A stretch of 53,482 bases of DNA, taken from positions 1-53,482 of the IMG/VR virus record IMGVR_UViG_3300030117_002594; one strand, written 5' to 3'. This DNA is from a virus (Duplodnaviria; Caudoviricetes). Below, piece by piece: positions 37,471 through 45,901 of the stretch. How positions within the stretch are numbered: position 1 is the first letter of the stretch; every line of letters begins with the position of its first letter. The translations under genes were made by a program, and so were the position numbers. The notes under the pieces were generated by a model. That model searched no databases. It was not told the DNA's origin and worked only from the letters and a program-made list of their open reading frames with translations.

Positions 37471-37821
37471 TTATTTAATTGTATTTGTAGTGTCGTTTGG
37501 TAAAGATAAAGTGTCCGTTACAGACTCATTTACAGGCTCTACTACCTCTTCTATAACTTCAGGTACAACCTCTTCAGGTGCTTCTTCAGTTACAGGTGTA
37601 GACTCCTCCAATCCTGTAGAATCAGCTGGTTCATCAGCTTTATCATCATTGATAACATTAATACTATCTGTAGTAGTATCAGTTACTTTATCAGGCAAAC
37701 TCATGTGTTTAACTTCATGATTATTTGCTTGACATGAAAACAAGAAGAATATACATAGTAGTGCTACTACACATATAGCAAGGCTTGTTATCAAATTATC
37801 ATTATACTTCCATTTTTCCAT
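37471..37821 (-). CDS. Predicted lipoprotein with acidic low-complexity tail
   Basis: Hydrophobic signal LITSLAICVVALLCIFFLFS-C followed by an E/D/T/P-rich disordered region; SD AAGGAG. Confidence 0.7.
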   Translation of the reverse strand: MEKWKYNDNLITSLAICVVALLCIFFLFSCQANNHEVKHMSLPDKVTDTTTDSINVINDDKADEPADSTGLEESTPVTEEAPEEVVPEVIEEVVEPVNESVTDTLSLPNDTTNTIK

Positions 37822-37855
37822 TTACTTTACTCCTTTGTTTATTTAACTAATATTT

Positions 37856-37923
37856 ACAGGCCACCAACATGTATTCTGCGGAACAGATAGTGCGGATGCA
37901 AGTAGGATATGCTAGTGACCTGT
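37856..37923 (-). other. 15-bp stem with 38-nt C-rich loop
   Basis: ACAGGUCACUAGCAU pairs with AUGUUGGUGGCCUGU (three G:U). Confidence 0.65.
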
Positions 37924-37928
37924 GTCTC

Positions 37929-38087
37929 TTAAGGGGACAAATCTTTCTTCATTGATTCTATTATAAAATCTATATAAGGCTGACCATAATTACCTTGTAT
38001 GGCTTTACCTTTTTGAGTGTTCATGTGACACTTCTTAAACTTCTTACCACTACCACAAGGACATTTCTCGTTTCTACCTATCTTCAT
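37929..38087 (-). CDS. 52-aa SEC-C motif (SecA-type metal-binding) protein (not in ORF track)
   Basis: SD ACAGGAG; [52 protein letters not shown]. Confidence 0.9.
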   Translation of the reverse strand: MKIGRNEKCPCGSGKKFKKCHMNTQKGKAIQGNYGQPYIDFIIESMKKDLSP

Positions 38088-38108
38088 TTATATCTCCTGT
38101 AGTTAAAC

Positions 38109-38299
38109 AAAGCACCAACTCTGCTAGAAGCTTTAGCTTAGTCACCATACGTGTGAAAACAATAAGAAATCACGTATAAGTTCTATCGGTTAGCACACGC
38201 TAACAGAGTCGAGAGGTTTATTCTAATAGTGTTCTAAATACTACCTCATGATATAGTATAACCTGTCAAGGTTCACATTTGAATAGCTCTCAGTGCTTT
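38109..38299 (-). ncRNA. Putative ~190-nt multibranch RNA
   Basis: Closing stem AAAGCAC/GUGCUUU, 12-bp CGACUCUGUUAG/CUAGCAGAGUUG, inner UUAUACGUG/CACGUAUGG, plus two 5' hairpins. Confidence 0.5.
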
Positions 38300-38300
38300 A

Positions 38301-38540
38301 TTATATTTCTATTTTATCTTGTAAATCTAATTCTATATCCATCTCACTTGCTGTTAGATAAGTAGTTGGATAATATCCAGTATCTACACCATCTTCACTT
38401 GCAACAGTACCACCTGGAAATTCTATAAAATACTTACGAATATTTTTATTTAATCCTTTATCCCAGTATACTACACCAATTACAATATGTTCTTCACCAT
38501 CTGTATCTTTACATTTATATTTACCTGTAATATGTATCAT
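38301..38540 (-). CDS. Hypothetical early protein
   Basis: SD CAGGAG. Confidence 0.7.
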   Translation of the reverse strand: MIHITGKYKCKDTDGEEHIVIGVVYWDKGLNKNIRKYFIEFPGGTVASEDGVDTGYYPTTYLTASEMDIELDLQDKIEI

Positions 38541-38631
38541 TTACATAATCTCCTGTTTTGGTCACGTTTATCTAAAATCTGTATAAGTATCGCACACACA
38601 CATAATGTTGAGTGTATGACTATGTTTACGA

Positions 38632-38682
38632 GCAAATAAGGACAATACATTAGTCCCAATGTCTTATACTGTCCCTATTTAC
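38632..38682 (-). other. 16-bp intergenic hairpin
   Basis: GUAAAUAGGGACAGUA pairs with UAUUGUCCUUAUUUGC. Confidence 0.6.
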
Positions 38683-38700
38683 ACCGTTTAACTACTTCGT

Positions 38701-38718
38701 AAAGGCTCTTGCGAGCCT
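38701..38718 (-). terminator. GNRA-capped hairpin after the first early gene
   Basis: AGGCUC-GCAA-GAGCCU followed by UU. Confidence 0.55.
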
Positions 38719-38721
38719 ATG

Positions 38722-38949
38722 CTAGAAGTTGATTACTTCTTCCTTGTGACGTTCTTGCGCGTCTGCGAAGGATTCTAATTGCTTCTTAGTAAATGGGTAC
38801 TCAGTACCTGTCTTGGTATTCTCGAACCAATACATTTTCTCATTATTGTATTCAGAGTATTGACCTGTGTAATTACAAGATACAAAGATTGAATTGTCGT
38901 TAATAACAAATACTGCTTTGATTTCTTGTCCTGCTGCTATTGATTCCAT
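38722..38949 (-). CDS. First gene of the minus-strand (early) arm, hypothetical
   Basis: SD AAGGTAGG; 75 aa. Confidence 0.7.
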   Translation of the reverse strand: MESIAAGQEIKAVFVINDNSIFVSCNYTGQYSEYNNEKMYWFENTKTGTEYPFTKKQLESFADAQERHKEEVINF

Positions 38950-39160
38950 TATTAGAACCTACCTTTCTGTTTTGAATTGAAAATTAACGTAAAAAGCAAA
39001 TTAAAAAAGTGCTTTGGGTGGGTACGGTATGAATGTTATAGCCTCCACTAAAATGCCCCAATTTTTCCCATTTTACCTCTTGCGATTGTTTTTTTAAAAA
39101 TCATGTTTTGTAAAATCTGTGTAATTATATTATTTCTAGGTAACTTATAGAAAATAAATA
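38950..39160. other. Divergent non-coding region, candidate physical genome end/packaging or control region
   Basis: Only point where the two arms diverge; A/T tracts flank a G-rich then C-rich core; adjacent to the TerS-like gene. Confidence 0.45.
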
Positions 39161-39164
39161 ATGG

Positions 39165-39194
39165 TTGCAATTATTACACTTTCTTATATAAATT
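39165..39194 (+). promoter_or_regulatory. Sigma70-like promoter TTGCAA-N18-TAAATT
   Basis: At the head of the + strand arm; same architecture as 45848-45877. Confidence 0.55.
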
Positions 39195-39202
39195 ATGTAT
39201 AT

Positions 39203-39376
39203 ATGAAAAAAATGTATAAATTAATTATTATATACAATGAAGATGAAGCAGAATGTGAGACCTTAATAGAGTTTTTTGACACAATATACGATGATACTGA
39301 AATAGAAGTTGAAGATTATTATGATAAAGATATAAGAGATGGTCTTATAGAAATGCAAGTTATGGGGGAAGCATGA
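39203..39376 (+). CDS. Small acidic protein (start reassigned from 39161)
   Basis: The upstream ATG overlaps the predicted promoter; MKKMYKLIIIYNEDEAECE... Confidence 0.6.
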   Translation: MKKMYKLIIIYNEDEAECETLIEFFDTIYDDTEIEVEDYYDKDIRDGLIEMQVMGEA

Positions 39377-40101
39377 GGTCTTATACCGTTAATAACAAAC
39401 GCCACCACGTCTTTGAGGACGTGGATGAAGTGCCAGGAAACATTGATTACTTATATGACTGGAGACATGGCAATCTTGGAGATTGGGTGTTAACAGATGA
39501 TGGATGTGTACTACAGATACTTAGAACAGGTACTATGTTTAGAAGTAAAGGTAGTTTAAAGAAGGTAGACTACGTAGGTACATGTACTGGTACATTCTTA
39601 AAAGATGGTAAGATGAAGATGGATGCAGATAGAAGAGAGAACATCTATTCTTTATCTGGCAAGAAATCATCTAAGGATGTATTAGAGGATAGAAAAGAAT
39701 TAACTGCAAGAGAAGAATTGTTTATTCACAACTTGCAAAAGAATATGACTTTAAAAGATGCATATATAAATGCATATAAGACTGATAATGAGAAGTATGC
39801 TGAAACAAGAGCAATGCTACTTATTAAAACAGAGAGGGTACAAAAGAAAATGAAAGAACATTTAAAGCCTATATTAGAAAAATTAGAGATAGATGAAGAG
39901 TTAGTATTAGATGGTATTAAGATTATTGCCACTACTGCTGAAAAAGACTCTGATAGATTAAAGGCCTTAACAGAGTTATCTGAAGTATTAGAAATAAAAG
40001 ATAAGGGAGTTAAGGTTCAAGAGATAACAGGTATGGCCTCTAAAGAATTGTTTAGTGGTTTTACAGATGAAAGTGTTGAAAGACCTAAATTAAAGGAGTA
40101 A
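39373..40101 (+). CDS. Terminase small subunit-like protein
   Basis: 'LTAREELF...DAYINAY....KYAETRAMLL' HTH-like segment and 'DSDRLKALTEL'; upstream of TerL. Confidence 0.6.
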   Translation: MRSYTVNNKRHHVFEDVDEVPGNIDYLYDWRHGNLGDWVLTDDGCVLQILRTGTMFRSKGSLKKVDYVGTCTGTFLKDGKMKMDADRRENIYSLSGKKSSKDVLEDRKELTAREELFIHNLQKNMTLKDAYINAYKTDNEKYAETRAMLLIKTERVQKKMKEHLKPILEKLEIDEELVLDGIKIIATTAEKDSDRLKALTELSEVLEIKDKGVKVQEITGMASKELFSGFTDESVERPKLKE

Positions 40102-40103
40102 TT

Positions 40104-40268
40104 ATGCCTAGAAAGAAAAAGGGAAGTAAAGGATTATACGCTAACATACATGCAAAGCGTAAAAGAATTAAAGCAGGTAGTGGAGAAAAGATGAGAAAGC
40201 CTGGTGCTAAAGGCGCTCCTACTGCTAAAGCATTTAGAAGGTCTAAGAGGACTGCTAAGAAAAGATGA
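40104..40268 (+). CDS. 54-aa highly basic protein (not in ORF track)
   Basis: SD AAGGAG; MPRKKKGSKGLYANIHAKRKRIKAGSGEKMRKPGAKGAPTAKAFRRSKRTAKKR*. Confidence 0.8.
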   Translation: MPRKKKGSKGLYANIHAKRKRIKAGSGEKMRKPGAKGAPTAKAFRRSKRTAKKR

Positions 40269-40405
40269 ATGAAACTAAAAGAGTAAAGATAGAAACGCCT
40301 ATAGGTAGTATAGAAAGTGATTCAGGTAATCATTTTGTAGACATAGCCAGTGTTATGCTTATTATTCTTTGTGTTTTAATGTTTAAAAAAATTATGAAAC
40401 TATAG
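40265..40405 (+). CDS. 46-aa membrane peptide (not in ORF track)
   Basis: ATGA coupling; MNETKRVKIETPIGSIESDSGNHFVDIASVMLIILCVLMFKKIMKL*. Confidence 0.65.
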   Translation: MNETKRVKIETPIGSIESDSGNHFVDIASVMLIILCVLMFKKIMKL

Positions 40406-40413
40406 GAGATATA

Positions 40414-40566
40414 ATGGCTAAAGTTAGTTACAAAGATGCTAAAACAGGTAAACCTATGAGTAAAAAGACTGTAGAAAGCTTTGTTAAAAAACATACTAAA
40501 CCTAAAATTAAAAAAGAAGGTATAGTGTATAAAGTTGTTAATAATAAATATAAAGAAGGTGTATAA
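40414..40566 (+). CDS. 50-aa basic protein (not in ORF track)
   Basis: SD AGGAG; MAKVSYKDAKTGKPMSKKTVESFVKKHTKPKIKKEGIVYKVVNNKYKEGV*. Confidence 0.7.
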   Translation: MAKVSYKDAKTGKPMSKKTVESFVKKHTKPKIKKEGIVYKVVNNKYKEGV

Positions 40567-40829
40567 TGCCTAAATCACCAGCATGGCAAAGGAAAGAAGG
40601 CAAGTCTCCTAGTGGAGGTTTAAATGCTAAAGGTAGAGCTTCTGCAAGAAGGCAAGGTAGTAATTTAAAGGCTCCTGTTACTCAGAAGAATCCTAAAGGT
40701 AAAGCAAAGTCTAGAAAAGCTAGTTTCTGTGCTAGAATGAAAGGTATGAAGAAAAAATTAACAGGTTCTAAAAAACGTAGAGACCCTAATAGTAGAATTA
40801 ATAAGTCACTTAGAAAGTGGAGATGTTAA
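40566..40829 (+). CDS. 87-aa basic protein (DUF6321-like)
   Basis: KSPAWQRKEGK.P.GGLNAKGRAS...RKASFCARM...SLRKWRC pattern seen in aquatic phages. Confidence 0.75.
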   Translation: MPKSPAWQRKEGKSPSGGLNAKGRASARRQGSNLKAPVTQKNPKGKAKSRKASFCARMKGMKKKLTGSKKRRDPNSRINKSLRKWRC

Positions 40830-40940
40830 TGAAACTTCACAAGTGAAAAAAAAATAAAAAGCCTCATCCAGTTGGGATGAAGCATAAAAAGAAAAAAGGT
40901 TACAGAAAAGGTAACTTTAAATACAAAGAAGGAGTATAGC

Positions 40941-41030
40941 ATGCCATACGGTCCAGGTACATACGGTAAAAAAAGAGGGAGACCTCCAGTTAAGAAAAAG
41001 AAAAAAAAGGGTAAGAAGAAAAAGAAATAA
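40941..41030 (+). CDS. 29-aa AT-hook/poly-Lys peptide (not in ORF track)
   Basis: SD AAGGAG; MPYGPGTYGKKRGRPPVKKKKKKGKKKKK*; TAATG-coupled to TerL. Confidence 0.75.
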   Translation: MPYGPGTYGKKRGRPPVKKKKKKGKKKKK

Positions 41031-42616
41031 TGGCCAATATCAATTTTCATAATGTATCTAGAGAAGAAAAACTTTTAAGAGAAGCTTATTCAGATATGAT
41101 TGCTTTCGGCAAGTTATTCTTGCCTCAAGATTATATGAGAAGTGAAACGCCTTGGTTTCATTACCAAATAGCAGACAAGGTAGATGATAAGTCTATTAAG
41201 CAGTTAGCTATTATTATGCCTAGAGGACATGGAAAGACTGTTCTTACTAAATGCGATATTTTAAAATCTTTCTGTTTTAATGGTAAAGAGAAAGAATGGG
41301 GCTTATCAGATGTTGATGAGCCTTTGTTTTATGGATGGGTATCCGCTACTGCAAAGCTTGCCACAGGGAATATGGACTATGTAAAGACTCACATTGAGAC
41401 AAATGATAGGATTAAATATTATTTTGGCGACTTGAAAGGAAAGAAATGGACAGAAACAGATATAGAGTTTGCAAATGGGTGTAAGCTCATTTCTAAATCT
41501 AATATTTCAGGGATTAGGGGAGGTGCGAAACTACACAAAAGATACGACCTTATCGTATTGGACGACTTTGAGGACGAGAACAATACAATTACTCCTGAAG
41601 CTAGAGCAAAAAACTCCAACCTTATTACTGCTGTGGTATTCCCTGCTCTTGAGCCTCATACTGGCAGGTTACGTATTAATGGGACTCCTGTCCACTTTGA
41701 TAGTTTTATTAATAATCTTATTGTTAATTATGAGAAATCTGTATCGGAAAATAAAAAGTTTTCTTGGGATGTTATTTTGCATAAAGCGATAACTGAAAAA
41801 GGTGATGCATTATGGGACAGTTGGTTTGGTTTAAAAGAATTAGATAGAAAGAAAAAGTTTTACGCTGACTCAGGTTCTCCTCACAAATTCTATCAAGAGT
41901 ATATGATGGAAGTGCAAAGTGAAGATGACTCTGTATTTAGTAGAGACCATATTAATTATTGGCAAGGTGGTTATATGTATGACCAAGATGCAGGCATTGG
42001 TTATATATTAAAAGATTCAGACAATCCTGTTCCTGTTAATGTATTTGTAGGAGTAGATTGTGCAACAGATGTTATAAGAAGAGATAGTGACTATACAGTT
42101 TTAATGGTAATTGGCGTTGATGAGTTTAATAAAGTTTATGTATTAGAGTATATTAGAAAAAGAGGTTTACCTGTACTTGGTATACCTGGTGATGAGAAAA
42201 AAGGTGTAGTAGACTACATATTTGAATTAGAAGAAAGGTATCATCCTTCTTTATTTGTAATAGAAGATACTACTATGTCTAGACCTGTATTTCAATCTTT
42301 ACGTAGCGAAATGTTAAGACGTAATCAGTTTGGAGTTAAGTTTAAAGAAGAAAAGCCTGGTACTCGTATGTCTAAAAGAGATAGAATACAAGGTATACTT
42401 GCACAAAGATTTGCTGTAGGGCAAATGCATATTAAAAAGGAAATGTATGATTTACATCATGAAATTATTACATTCGGTCCTAGGATGGGGCATGACGATG
42501 CTATCGATGCATTGGCTTACGCTTGTAAGTTTGCTGCTCCTCCTATTGGCATTCGTTCATCGGAAGGACGAAGTTATAAATATAAACCAAAAGCAAAAAG
42601 TTGGGTGGTCGCATAA
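41030..42616 (+). CDS. terL: Terminase large subunit
   Basis: Walker A MPRGHGKT, Walker B LIVLDD, coupling motif GTP, RNase H-like VGVD...HDDAIDA. Confidence 0.95.
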   Translation: MANINFHNVSREEKLLREAYSDMIAFGKLFLPQDYMRSETPWFHYQIADKVDDKSIKQLAIIMPRGHGKTVLTKCDILKSFCFNGKEKEWGLSDVDEPLFYGWVSATAKLATGNMDYVKTHIETNDRIKYYFGDLKGKKWTETDIEFANGCKLISKSNISGIRGGAKLHKRYDLIVLDDFEDENNTITPEARAKNSNLITAVVFPALEPHTGRLRINGTPVHFDSFINNLIVNYEKSVSENKKFSWDVILHKAITEKGDALWDSWFGLKELDRKKKFYADSGSPHKFYQEYMMEVQSEDDSVFSRDHINYWQGGYMYDQDAGIGYILKDSDNPVPVNVFVGVDCATDVIRRDSDYTVLMVIGVDEFNKVYVLEYIRKRGLPVLGIPGDEKKGVVDYIFELEERYHPSLFVIEDTTMSRPVFQSLRSEMLRRNQFGVKFKEEKPGTRMSKRDRIQGILAQRFAVGQMHIKKEMYDLHHEIITFGPRMGHDDAIDALAYACKFAAPPIGIRSSEGRSYKYKPKAKSWVVA

Positions 42617-42617
42617 A

Positions 42618-43178
42618 ATGGAAGATATTACAATAGATGATTTATACTTAGGTATAGAAGAAGCAGAAACAGGAAATTTAAATCCTGGTATGGCTAGATA
42701 TATTAGAACAAAAAAAATAGGCTCAGGGTCTAGTGCATTTGGTCCAGTTCAAATGACTAAAGCAATATTAAGTGGACCTGGATATTCAGATATGAAATTT
42801 ACAGATGAAGAAGATTCTTTTGTAAAAAATGTTCTTATTCCTCAAGCAGATAATTTTTTAAAGTATGGCGGTGATGATATGATTGAAGGTATGGAAAGAT
42901 ACGATTATGGTGGACCAGGAGATTTTACTCCAGCAGATACTTCTATGTATAAACAAGTTGCTAAAAAAGTTATGGCTTATGAGTTTGGTCCTATGAGAGC
43001 TAAAGGTGATGTAGATACTTTTATTCAAAACTGGAGAGGGGAATCTGAAGAAGAAGACCCAAGATACTATAAAGCAGTTAGAAGTAAACTTGGAATAGAT
43101 AACAAAGCATTTAATGCTATGCAGGAAACTACAAAAACCCCTACATTAGATGCTATAAAGAATATGTTAGAAGAGTAA
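42618..43178 (+). CDS. Lysozyme/lytic-transglycosylase-like protein (start reassigned to 42618)
   Basis: IEEAETG...GSSAFGPVQMT resembles the E...SSAxGxxQ lysozyme-fold signature; ATG lies 2 nt after the TerL stop. Confidence 0.5.
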   Translation: MEDITIDDLYLGIEEAETGNLNPGMARYIRTKKIGSGSSAFGPVQMTKAILSGPGYSDMKFTDEEDSFVKNVLIPQADNFLKYGGDDMIEGMERYDYGGPGDFTPADTSMYKQVAKKVMAYEFGPMRAKGDVDTFIQNWRGESEEEDPRYYKAVRSKLGIDNKAFNAMQETTKTPTLDAIKNMLEE

Positions 43179-43208
43179 ATATAATAGAGGGAAGCAGAAT
43201 GGAAACTT

Positions 43209-43571
43209 ATGGAAGAGCAATTACAAGGATTGATTGGAGAATGGGGCTGGATGGCTGCAGCTGCTTTTGCATTAATGATGTTTCGTGCTACCTTAGAAAA
43301 TATTTTAGAGTCGTTAAAGATATTTTTAGGAAACGACTTGAATACAGACGATGTAATACATTTAAATGGAAGACCAGCAAGAGTAGTAAGAGTTGGTGTA
43401 TGGAAAACAATATTTTTTGTGTATGATATTGGATGTGCAAATGGTAAACCTTATGTTAAGGGAGGCTCTAAAAAAGCTGTACAAAATGATAAACTTAAAG
43501 ATTACGAAATAGAAAAGCCGCTTCCTATGTTAGATTTATCTAAATGGGATGACTGTAAAGAGGAGGAATAA
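43209..43571 (+). CDS. Membrane protein with an MscS-like beta domain
   Basis: N-terminal TM (WGWMAAAAFALMMF) then 'DLNTDDVIHLNGRPARVVRVGVWKT'. Confidence 0.5.
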   Translation: MEEQLQGLIGEWGWMAAAAFALMMFRATLENILESLKIFLGNDLNTDDVIHLNGRPARVVRVGVWKTIFFVYDIGCANGKPYVKGGSKKAVQNDKLKDYEIEKPLPMLDLSKWDDCKEEE

Positions 43572-45874
43572 TGGCTAAAAGGCAGGATAAAAAAGCATTA
43601 CGAGTTAGAGACATATTTGATAATGTCAATACTGGTAATAGACAACAATGGGAATTTATAAACCAAAAAGGTTTTGATTTTGCTAATGATAATCAGTTAT
43701 CTGCTGATGACAAAGAGATATTAGAAGAACAGGGTATGCCTACATTTACTATTAACAGAATAATACCTGTTGTAGAAATGTTAAATTATTATGCTACTGC
43801 TAATTCTCCTAGATGGCAAGCAATAGGCGCAGAAGGTAGTGATAGTGATGTTGCTGCTGTATTTTCAGATATGGCTGATTATGTATGGTATCAATCTAAT
43901 GGTCAATCTTTATTGTCTAATGCTATAAATGATTGTGTTGCTAAATCTATTGGTTATTTACTTGTTGATGTAAATCCTGATGCAGACCAAGGTATGGGAG
44001 AAGTTGTTATAAAGCAGCCTGACCCATTTGATGTTTATGTTGACCCTAAGTCTAGAAGTTTATTATTTGATGATGCTGCATATATTATGATACGTAAAGT
44101 ATTGCCTAGAACACATTTAATGAATGAGTATCCTGATGCTAAACGTAAAATTAAAAATGCTGATTCATATGATAATAGTACATATAATTATACAGAAAAA
44201 GTATTTGATGAAACTCAAAAAGATTTTAGTGCTAAAGATATATTAGAAGAGTCTACTACAGATATATTAAATGAAGAAGATTCAGGAAAAGCAGATTTAA
44301 TTGAATACTATGAGTTGTTTGAAAAAGAACAAACATTATACGTTAATATGTTTTATAAAGTTCCTCCTAATCCTGCTATTGTTCAAAAAATTAAAAAACA
44401 AGTACAGTTACAAGTGCAAGATATGCAAGCAGAATTAAGTGTTGCATTTAAAGAAAAAGAATTATTACTAGCTCAACAAGTCCAAGCAGGTCAAATATTA
44501 CCTGAAAGAATGGAATTAGAATTAGATAAAGAAACAAAGGCTATGGCCGAAAAAATTAAAGTTGCAGAAATGCAATTTGAAAACGAGTTACAAAAACAAA
44601 ACTCCATAATAGAAAATAAAATAGTTACTAAAAATGAGTTTGATGTTTTATTAAAAGATAAACAATTCTCATCTCTTATTGTTGATAGTGTAAAGTTTTA
44701 TGACTCAAGAATTAAAAAAACCTGTGTAGTTGGAGATGTCTGTATTTACGAAAAGTACTTACCTATGAATATCAAAGATTATCCTTTGATACCTTTTCAC
44801 TACAAATGGACTGGCACTCCGTACCCAATAAGTGCAGTATCTCCGCTCATAGGTAAACAACAAGAGTTAAATAAAGTGCATCAATTAATGGTGCATAATG
44901 CATCTCTTGGTAGTAGTTTAAGATGGATGTATGAAGAAGGCTCTATTGATGTAGAGCATTGGGAAAAGTATGCTGCTGCTCCTGGAGCATTATTACCTCT
45001 TAGAAGTGGTTTTAGTGCGCCTACTCCTGTAATGCCTTTTCAGTTACCTAATGCATTTTTTGGTATATCAGGTGAAGGTAAACAAGATATGGAATACTTA
45101 GCAGGTATATATTCTTCTATGCAAGGTGATACTAAACAAACTAAAGATATGCCTTTTAAGGGTATGCTTGCTATAGATGAGTATGGTACTAGAAGAGTTA
45201 AGTATTGGTTAAAGCATTCTATAGAACCAGGACTAAAACAAGTAGGTGAACTTGTAAAACAATACACACAATCTGTTTATACTGCTAATAAAGTATTTAG
45301 AATTGTACAACCAAGTGCTATACAAGAAGAAAAAAGAGTTGAAATTAATATGCCTGTATATAATGATATGGGAGAAGCTATTGGTAAGTTTATGGATTAT
45401 GGTGCTGCAAAGTTTGATGTAAGACTTATAGCAGGTTCTACATTACCAGTTAATAGATGGGCATACTTAGCAGAGTTAAAAGAATTAATGAAAATGGGAG
45501 TTGTGGATGATGTTGCTGTACTTTCAGAAACAGATATTAAGAATAAAGACAAAATTATTAAACGTAAATCTTTATATTCACAAATGAAATCTCAATTAGA
45601 TACTATGAAAAAACAAGTACAAGATAAAGAGGGAACTATTGAAACTCTTGAGAGACAACTTGTACAGGCAGGCATTAAAGGTAAAGTAATGCAAGGTCAA
45701 ATGGAAGTTAGTAGAAAAACTGCAGAAGCTAAAGCTCTTCAAGATATGGAAGCAAAAGAAACTAAAATGTTCCAACAAAAAATACGTGAAGATAATAAAA
45801 AGCATGCAGAGTCTCAACAAGAGAGAATGACGGAAATTTTAAATAACTTGCCTAATTCAAATAAGGGTGAGTAA
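43571..45874 (+). CDS. Portal protein (P22-like)
   Basis: 767 aa; PTFTINRIIPVV, DPFDVYVDP, YPLIPF, QQELNK; C-terminal coiled-coil barrel; between TerL and capsid genes. Confidence 0.9.
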   Translation: MAKRQDKKALRVRDIFDNVNTGNRQQWEFINQKGFDFANDNQLSADDKEILEEQGMPTFTINRIIPVVEMLNYYATANSPRWQAIGAEGSDSDVAAVFSDMADYVWYQSNGQSLLSNAINDCVAKSIGYLLVDVNPDADQGMGEVVIKQPDPFDVYVDPKSRSLLFDDAAYIMIRKVLPRTHLMNEYPDAKRKIKNADSYDNSTYNYTEKVFDETQKDFSAKDILEESTTDILNEEDSGKADLIEYYELFEKEQTLYVNMFYKVPPNPAIVQKIKKQVQLQVQDMQAELSVAFKEKELLLAQQVQAGQILPERMELELDKETKAMAEKIKVAEMQFENELQKQNSIIENKIVTKNEFDVLLKDKQFSSLIVDSVKFYDSRIKKTCVVGDVCIYEKYLPMNIKDYPLIPFHYKWTGTPYPISAVSPLIGKQQELNKVHQLMVHNASLGSSLRWMYEEGSIDVEHWEKYAAAPGALLPLRSGFSAPTPVMPFQLPNAFFGISGEGKQDMEYLAGIYSSMQGDTKQTKDMPFKGMLAIDEYGTRRVKYWLKHSIEPGLKQVGELVKQYTQSVYTANKVFRIVQPSAIQEEKRVEINMPVYNDMGEAIGKFMDYGAAKFDVRLIAGSTLPVNRWAYLAELKELMKMGVVDDVAVLSETDIKNKDKIIKRKSLYSQMKSQLDTMKKQVQDKEGTIETLERQLVQAGIKGKVMQGQMEVSRKTAEAKALQDMEAKETKMFQQKIREDNKKHAESQQERMTEILNNLPNSNKGE

Positions 45875-45877
45875 ATT
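45848..45877 (+). promoter_or_regulatory. Sigma70-like promoter TTGCCT-N18-TAAATT
   Basis: Upstream of the scaffold and capsid genes. Confidence 0.55.
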
Positions 45878-45901
45878 ACAGATAACAAATAGGAGAAAAT
45901 A

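Noticed and set aside
35995-38720. tRNA, tmRNA or CRISPR mini-array in the non-coding early region
   Set aside because: No cloverleaf with a T-loop GTTCRA, and no regularly spaced direct repeats seen by eye; tRNAscan-SE/ARAGORN would confirm.
40826-41050. 74-aa Phe-rich minus-strand ORF resembling a membrane protein
   Set aside because: Reverse complement of the Lys-rich + strand peptides.
42447-42617. N-terminal extension of the 243-aa ORF
   Set aside because: Overlaps TerL by 170 nt; the ATG at 42618 right after the TerL stop is more plausible.
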